NCBI GenBank assembly: GCA_028698185.1
Contig: JAQVDW010000006.1
Coordinates: 60,001-92,000, forward strand
Direction of reading: 5' to 3'
DNA: 32,000 nucleotides
DNA from: Erysipelotrichaceae bacterium
Lineage (GTDB): Bacteria > Bacillota_I > Bacilli_A > Erysipelotrichales > Coprobacillaceae
Shown in pieces: positions 27,399 through 32,000 of this stretch. How positions within the stretch are numbered: the first letter of the stretch is position 1; the number at the start of each line of letters is the position of its first letter. Under the pieces are notes generated by a model that saw only the letters and a list, made by a program, of their open reading frames with translations, made no database searches and was not told the origin of the DNA. The translations under genes were made by a program, and so were the position numbers.

Positions 27399-27785
27399 AG
27401 CGCGCCTCCTTGTGTCATTATACATTATTTCATTTGGTTTTTAAATTAATTTTTATTGTTTCTAAGATTAATTTTCGGCGCTATTTTGCAGTTGTAAGTC
27501 AACACAACGCGAATTAACGGAACAGTCGAAAAATCAATTATTCTATTAAATTAACACTTGTAACCGTTTAAAATCAATGAATTTGTTCGATTGCATCGGA
27601 TTTAATTCATTTATTTGCAATTGCAACGATAAATTATGTGAAATTCCAATCATTAACAATTAGTTCATATTGAGTTCACAATACTATCATATATTACAAG
27701 TGTAGTAAGTTTCCTTGCTTGCTACATATGTAAATTTTCCCTTTTTTATAATAATTACTGTTTGGGTAGCCCTTAACCTGAACAA

Positions 27786-27824
27786 GGAGCAAAGATGTCC
27801 CCTCGTCTTTGCTCCAATTTTTTT
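27786..27824 (+). terminator. Plus-strand intrinsic terminator with no plus-strand gene upstream
   Basis: GGAGCAAAGA-(10-nt loop)-TCTTTGCTCC followed by AATTTTTTT on the plus strand. The sequence after the hairpin on the minus strand is not T-rich. Confidence 0.5.
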
Positions 27825-27830
27825 ACCTAA

Positions 27831-27868
27831 AAAGCGTCAGACCGAAGAGATCTTCGTTCTGGCGCTTT
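27831..27868. terminator. Intrinsic terminator of argB (usable in both directions)
   Basis: An imperfect 14-16 bp hairpin, AGCGTCAGACCGAAGA..TCTTCGTTCTGGCGCT, starts 2 nt after the argB stop. TTTT follows on the minus strand and TTTTTATTTT on the plus strand. Confidence 0.65.
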
Positions 27869-28714
27869 TTATTTTGATATTTCTGTCCCGATTCCTTGGG
27901 CCGTGAAGATTTCAATGATCATTGAATGCGGTTCGCGGCCGTCAAGAATATGGATTTTTTCGATTTTGTCCAGGGCGGCGATGCAGTTTTTGATCTTGAC
28001 TGCCATGCCCCCTTCAATGACGCCCTGTTCAATCAGGTTGTTGGCCATGGTTTCATTGATATGGTGGATAAGAGAGTTGGGATTGTTGACATTCGAAAGT
28101 ACGCCTTTCTGGTCGGTCAGGAAGACCAGTTTCGAAGCGTTCAGGCTGCGAGCGACTTCGGTTGCCACATCATCGGCATTGACATTGTAGCCCTGCCCGG
28201 CATCGTCAACCCCGATTGATGAGATTACCGGAGTGTAGCCTAGTTCCAGCAGCGAGTTGATCAGGGTAGGGTCGATTTCCTTGATCGTCCCCACATAACC
28301 ATAATCGGTATTCTGTTCGACTTTGATCATCTGACCATCCTTGCCAGAAAGGCCGACCGCTTTGACCTGATGTTCGCCCAGGTATCCAACCAGATCCTTG
28401 TTCACCTTGCCGCACAATACCATCTGTACGACCTCCAGTGTGTCCTCGTCGGTAACCCGCAATCCGTTTTTGAATTGCGATTTGATTTTCGCCTTGTCCA
28501 GCCAACGGTTGATTTCTTTCCCGCCGCCATGGACGATGACAACTTTGATACCTACACTTTTCAAAACAGCGATGTCCTGAAGCACGCTTTTTTTGATTTC
28601 CTCGTTTTCCATTGCCGATCCGCCGTATTTGACGACCATGATGTGGCCGGAAAACTTCTGCATATAACTGAGCGCATCAACCAATACTTGCGCTGTTTGT
28701 TGTTCACTTACCAT
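27869..28714 (-). CDS. argB: Acetylglutamate kinase
   Basis: VVKYGGSAM, VIVHGGG and GYNVNADDVA are classical ArgB motifs. The start is the ATG at 28712-28714 with SD AGGAGG. The track ORF start lies upstream inside argJ. Confidence 0.93.
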   Translation of the reverse strand: MVSEQQTAQVLVDALSYMQKFSGHIMVVKYGGSAMENEEIKKSVLQDIAVLKSVGIKVVIVHGGGKEINRWLDKAKIKSQFKNGLRVTDEDTLEVVQMVLCGKVNKDLVGYLGEHQVKAVGLSGKDGQMIKVEQNTDYGYVGTIKEIDPTLINSLLELGYTPVISSIGVDDAGQGYNVNADDVATEVARSLNASKLVFLTDQKGVLSNVNNPNSLIHHINETMANNLIEQGVIEGGMAVKIKNCIAALDKIEKIHILDGREPHSMIIEIFTAQGIGTEISK

Positions 28715-28724
28715 TTTTGCCTCC

Positions 28725-29948
28725 TTATGACCGATAATCGGCATTGATTTTGACATAGTCATAGCTCAGATCGCATCCCCAAGCCCGAGCTTTCTGATCC
28801 CCTTCATGCATGTCGACAAGCACGTTAACTTTTTCATTGTCGATAATTTCAGTCGCCTTTTCTTCCGAATAGTCGGTAGCCATCCCTTTTTCAACAAGTT
28901 TGATCTTCTGACCGTTGGATTGCAGATAGATATCGACAATCGTATCGTCAAAATCAACTCCGGCATAGCCCATTGCACAGAACAACCGACCCCAGTTGGC
29001 GTCATTTCCAAACATCGCAGTCTTGACCAGCGGTGATGTGCAGATTGATTTGGCGATGATTTTCGCATTTTCCTTTGAAGAGCAGTTGACAACATCGACT
29101 TCCAGCAATTTGGTAGCCCCTTCTCCGTCTCCGGCTATCGCTTTGGCAAGATAAGTGCAGATGATGCTCAATGCTTCCTTGAACAGGTCATAGTCATGAC
29201 CAGGTCCTACGATTTCGGGATTGTGCGCCAGCGAGTTGGCCATGCAAAGAACCGTATCGTTTGTCGAAGTGTCGCGGTCGACCGAGATCATATTGAAAGT
29301 CTCATTGACAACTTCCTTAACCATCGCGTCAAGGACTGTTTTGGAAATATTGCAGTCAGTGGTGATGAATCCTAGCATGGTCGCCATGTTGGGATGGATC
29401 ATTCCTGATCCCTTGGCACAGCACCCAAGCGTCACGGTCTTACCTGAAAGGGAAACCTCGATTGCCATATGCTTCGGTTTCGTGTCGGTCGTCATGATCG
29501 CTGTAGCCACGTCGATTCCCGCCTGATCCGATTCGCTTAGAAGATCGATGGCTTTAGGCAAACCGGCTTCGATGATGTCCATAGGCAATTGTTTTCCAAT
29601 GACCCCGGTCGAACAGATCAAAACCTCATGTTCGTCGAGCCCCATGTTTTCAGCCACGAGCCGGGCGAAACGCTGGTTGTTCAATTCTCCGGCAACCCCG
29701 GTGCAGGCATTTGCAACGCCTGAATTGATCGCGATAACTTTTGCTGTCGAGTAATTGTCGACAATGTTTTTATCCCAAACCACAGGAGCCGCTTTGACGA
29801 CATTGGTAGTGAATGTCCCGACACATTTGGCCGGCACTTGCGAAACGATCATCGCCAGGTCCTTTTTGGCTTTTTTTATGCCGATATAGCAACCGACACC
29901 CAGATAGCCGATCGGTGAAGTAACTGTTCCATTTTCAATTATTTTCAT
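28725..29948 (-). CDS. argJ: Bifunctional ornithine acetyltransferase / N-acetylglutamate synthase
   Basis: The autoprocessing site context HPNMATMLGFITTD and the overall ArgJ pattern are present. SD AAGGAGAAA lies upstream. Confidence 0.95.
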   Translation of the reverse strand: MKIIENGTVTSPIGYLGVGCYIGIKKAKKDLAMIVSQVPAKCVGTFTTNVVKAAPVVWDKNIVDNYSTAKVIAINSGVANACTGVAGELNNQRFARLVAENMGLDEHEVLICSTGVIGKQLPMDIIEAGLPKAIDLLSESDQAGIDVATAIMTTDTKPKHMAIEVSLSGKTVTLGCCAKGSGMIHPNMATMLGFITTDCNISKTVLDAMVKEVVNETFNMISVDRDTSTNDTVLCMANSLAHNPEIVGPGHDYDLFKEALSIICTYLAKAIAGDGEGATKLLEVDVVNCSSKENAKIIAKSICTSPLVKTAMFGNDANWGRLFCAMGYAGVDFDDTIVDIYLQSNGQKIKLVEKGMATDYSEEKATEIIDNEKVNVLVDMHEGDQKARAWGCDLSYDYVKINADYRS

Positions 29949-29962
29949 ATGTTTCTCCTTTT

Positions 29963-31000
29963 CTAAAGACTGTTTGGCGCCTGGTCGATTCCCATCGATT
30001 CTTCAAGACCATACATGATGTTCATATTCTGGATTGCCTGACCGGCCGCACCTTTAACCAAATTATCCATCGCTCCCACTACTATTATTCTATTACATCT
30101 AGGATCGATTTTAAAGTTAATATCAATATAATTCGAGCATCTCACGTTACGGATTTCCGGATACACCCCGTCTTTAAGCACCCTCAGGAATTTTTCATCG
30201 TCGTACATCTTGTATGCTCGGGCCACATCTTCCTGGGTGATTCCCTCTTTCAAAGTCGCATACGATGTTGTCAGGATTCCGCGGTTGATCGGGATGAGAT
30301 GAGGCGTGAAAGTCACATTGAACTTTTCGCCTGAAGCCCCATTGAGGATCATTTCGATTTCCGGAGTATGGCGATGATTTGCGATTCCATACGCCTTCAC
30401 GCTTTCATTGACTTCACAAAACAGGTTCGGGATCTTAGCCGAGCGGCCCGCACCCGATGTCCCTGAAAGGGCATCGATGATGATTGTGTCGGTTTCGATA
30501 AGTCCCGCCTTAACCAGTGGATACAAAGAAAGCGAAGAACATGTAGGATAGCATCCCGGGTTGGCCAGCAGCCGCGCGTCTTTGATCTGGTCGCGATTGA
30601 TTTCGCAAAGACCGAACACCGCATTTTCCATCATGTTCCAGCTAGGATGTCCGCATTGATACCACTGTTCATATGTCTCCTGGTCATCAAGACGGTAATC
30701 CGCCGACAGGTCGATGACCTTCACTTTTTCGAGCATTTCCTTGGTGATCATCTTTGAAGCCACCCCATGAGGCGTCGCAAAGAACACCACATCAACCTGA
30801 TCAAGATAGTCTTCTAGATTGTCGCTGATGAGCTCGTCATCGACGATATTGAAATAGCTGCCATAAATGTCACTGAACTGTTCCTTAGCATATGAACGTG
30901 ATGAAAGCCACACAATCTTAGCTTCCTGATGATTCAACAATAACCTGACCAATTCATTTCCACCGTATCCGGTTGCACCTACTATTCCTACTTTTACCAT
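29963..31000 (-). CDS. argC: N-acetyl-gamma-glutamyl-phosphate reductase
   Basis: VGIVGATGYGG is the NAD(P) binding site and ANPGCYPT is the catalytic Cys motif. SD AAGGAGAG lies upstream. Confidence 0.95.
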   Translation of the reverse strand: MVKVGIVGATGYGGNELVRLLLNHQEAKIVWLSSRSYAKEQFSDIYGSYFNIVDDELISDNLEDYLDQVDVVFFATPHGVASKMITKEMLEKVKVIDLSADYRLDDQETYEQWYQCGHPSWNMMENAVFGLCEINRDQIKDARLLANPGCYPTCSSLSLYPLVKAGLIETDTIIIDALSGTSGAGRSAKIPNLFCEVNESVKAYGIANHRHTPEIEMILNGASGEKFNVTFTPHLIPINRGILTTSYATLKEGITQEDVARAYKMYDDEKFLRVLKDGVYPEIRNVRCSNYIDINFKIDPRCNRIIVVGAMDNLVKGAAGQAIQNMNIMYGLEESMGIDQAPNSL

Positions 31001-31021
31001 TTTCTTCTCTCCTTTTAAAAT

Positions 31022-31255
31022 ACAAAAAAACGCCCCATAAAAGAGACGTTTTTAACGCGATACCACTCTACTTGCCATCAGTTGACCTGATAACCTCTTT
31101 CACTGATAAGGGCAGTCACCCGAAAGTTATACTTGATTTCCAACTTTCCTCTCCAAAATGCGCTTGGGATTATTTATGTCGCTGACCTTCCACCGCCGTC
31201 AGCTCGCTTGAGACTTCCATAATCTTACTCTTTTTGTCATCGAGTTCAATTTATT
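31022..31255 (-). promoter_or_regulatory. T-box leader with a probable Arg (CGC) specifier upstream of argCJB
   Basis: The minus strand shows an AGAGTA specifier-loop 5' motif. An AG-bulge and distal loop follow (AGCGAGCTGAC-GGCGGTGGAAG-GTCAGC). The specifier-loop 3' side ATAATC-CCAAG CGC A-TTTTG has its codon at 31160-31162. The T-box motif TAGAGTGGTATCGCG lies around 31056-31070, followed by the terminator AACGTCTCTTTTATGGGGCGTT plus seven T (31024-31053). Confidence 0.8.
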
Positions 31256-31262
31256 TACATTC

Positions 31263-31290
31263 ATTATAGACAATAACCGTTCATTGTCAA
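31263..31290 (-). promoter_or_regulatory. Sigma-A promoter of the Arg T-box/argCJB unit
   Basis: TTGACA (31285-31290), a 16-nt spacer, then TATAAT (31263-31268) on the minus strand. Confidence 0.65.
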
Positions 31291-31329
31291 CTATTTTCTT
31301 GGTTATTCTTAAATTTCTTTGGATTATTC

Positions 31330-32000
31330 TTATTTTCCTAAAGTTGCCACCAAAACAGCCTTAATCGTATGCATCCGGTTTTCAGCTTCCTGGAAGACAA
31401 CCGAACTCTTCGAACGGAAAACATCATCCTCAACTTCGCGGATGTCGATTCCTTGTTCTTTCTTTTCTTTAGCCAGGACTGTGTTGAAATCATGGAATGA
31501 AGGCAGACAGTGCATGAACAGCACATTGTCGTTTTTGGTCTTTGCCATCATTACAGGGGTAACCTTGTATGGTTGTAGCAGGTCGACCCGGGTCTTGTAC
31601 AATTCTTCAGGTTCTCCCATCGACACCCAGATGTCAGTATAGATGACATCTGCTCCCTCGATATCATCCAAAGATGATGTCACAGTGACCGAACCGCCAG
31701 ATTTTTTCGCCTCTTCCTGGCAGTATGCCAGCACCTCAGGGTCGACTTCTAATGCATCCGGTCCAAGACATATAAAATCCATCCCCATTTTGCACGCCCC
31801 GTACATCAGACCGTAGCACACGTTGTTGCGGATGTCTCCGGCGAAGACGAATTTGACTTCGTTTAGAGGCTTGTCCAGGTTCTCCTCGATGGTCAAGAAA
31901 TCAGCCAGTGTTTGAGTCGGATGATCCACGTCGGTCAGACCGTTGTAGACAGGCACACCTGAATACTTGGCCAGATCTTCCACCAATTGTTGGGAAAAAC
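31330..32000 (-). CDS. argF: Ornithine carbamoyltransferase, C-terminal part (the gene continues past the right edge)
   Basis: ADVIYTDIWVSMGE and FMHCLPSFH are OTCase signatures. The reading frame stays open to the window edge beyond the track's internal Met. An anabolic role is inferred from the arg context. Confidence 0.85.
   Translation of the reverse strand, partial: FSQQLVEDLAKYSGVPVYNGLTDVDHPTQTLADFLTIEENLDKPLNEVKFVFAGDIRNNVCYGLMYGACKMGMDFICLGPDALEVDPEVLAYCQEEAKKSGGSVTVTSSLDDIEGADVIYTDIWVSMGEPEELYKTRVDLLQPYKVTPVMMAKTKNDNVLFMHCLPSFHDFNTVLAKEKKEQGIDIREVEDDVFRSKSSVVFQEAENRMHTIKAVLVATLGK

Noticed and set aside
27417-27424. A TGTATAAT -10-like element just upstream of rpiR
   Set aside because: A transcript starting about 7 nt downstream would begin inside or after the rpiR SD (27405-27410). 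It is therefore unlikely to be the functional promoter, which must lie further upstream in the gap.
27715-27906. A 63-aa plus-strand ORF with a TTG start that spans the intergenic hairpins and runs into argB antisense
   Set aside because: It reads straight through two terminator hairpins and has no SD. Its hydrophobic composition arises from T-rich sequence.
31240-31262. A possible ARG box (ArgR/AhrC operator) at the start of the arg leader (ATGTAAATAAATTGAAC)
   Set aside because: It matches only the AT-rich centre of the TNTGAATWWWWATTCANW consensus, and the palindromic TGAAT/ATTCA arms are missing.
1-32000. Search for CRISPR arrays, IS elements or transposases, integrases, phage genes, tRNA/rRNA genes and known defence-system signatures
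   Set aside because: None seen. There are no direct-repeat arrays or terminal inverted repeats. Every ORF over 100 aa that is not a shadow ORF has a housekeeping or metabolic assignment.

Overview
The window looks like chromosomal DNA from a low-GC Gram-positive (Firmicutes-type) organism. Supporting signs are two T-box leaders, AGGAGG-type Shine-Dalgarno sites, TTGACA/TATAAT promoters, hairpin plus T-tract terminators, and TGA used as a stop codon. I call 30 CDS, 27 of them on the minus strand, and almost all are core or housekeeping genes. Left to right they are: htrA (partial), phoH, rpsU, map, a Tyr T-box-controlled DAHP synthase, TetR and GNAT genes, aroD, and ppk1. Next comes a 10-gene V/A-type ATPase operon (19209 to 9369, minus strand), then pepP and a translationally coupled pair made of a B12-binding radical SAM protein and an ATP-cone protein. 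After that is a tightly coupled rpiR, class I hydro-lyase alpha and beta, and M15 peptidase unit, then an Arg T-box-controlled argCJB operon and the 3' part of argF. I saw no rRNA or tRNA genes, CRISPR arrays, transposases, integrases or obvious defence islands. Two things merit a second look. One is the radical SAM protein overlapping an ATP-cone protein that looks like a degenerate N-terminal fragment of class III ribonucleotide reductase. The other is a truncated second copy of V-ATPase subunit I, lacking the ion-channel half, directly upstream of the full-length gene. Both rest on reading and aligning by eye and are not validated. The rest of the window is ordinary, with some neat regulatory and terminator architecture.
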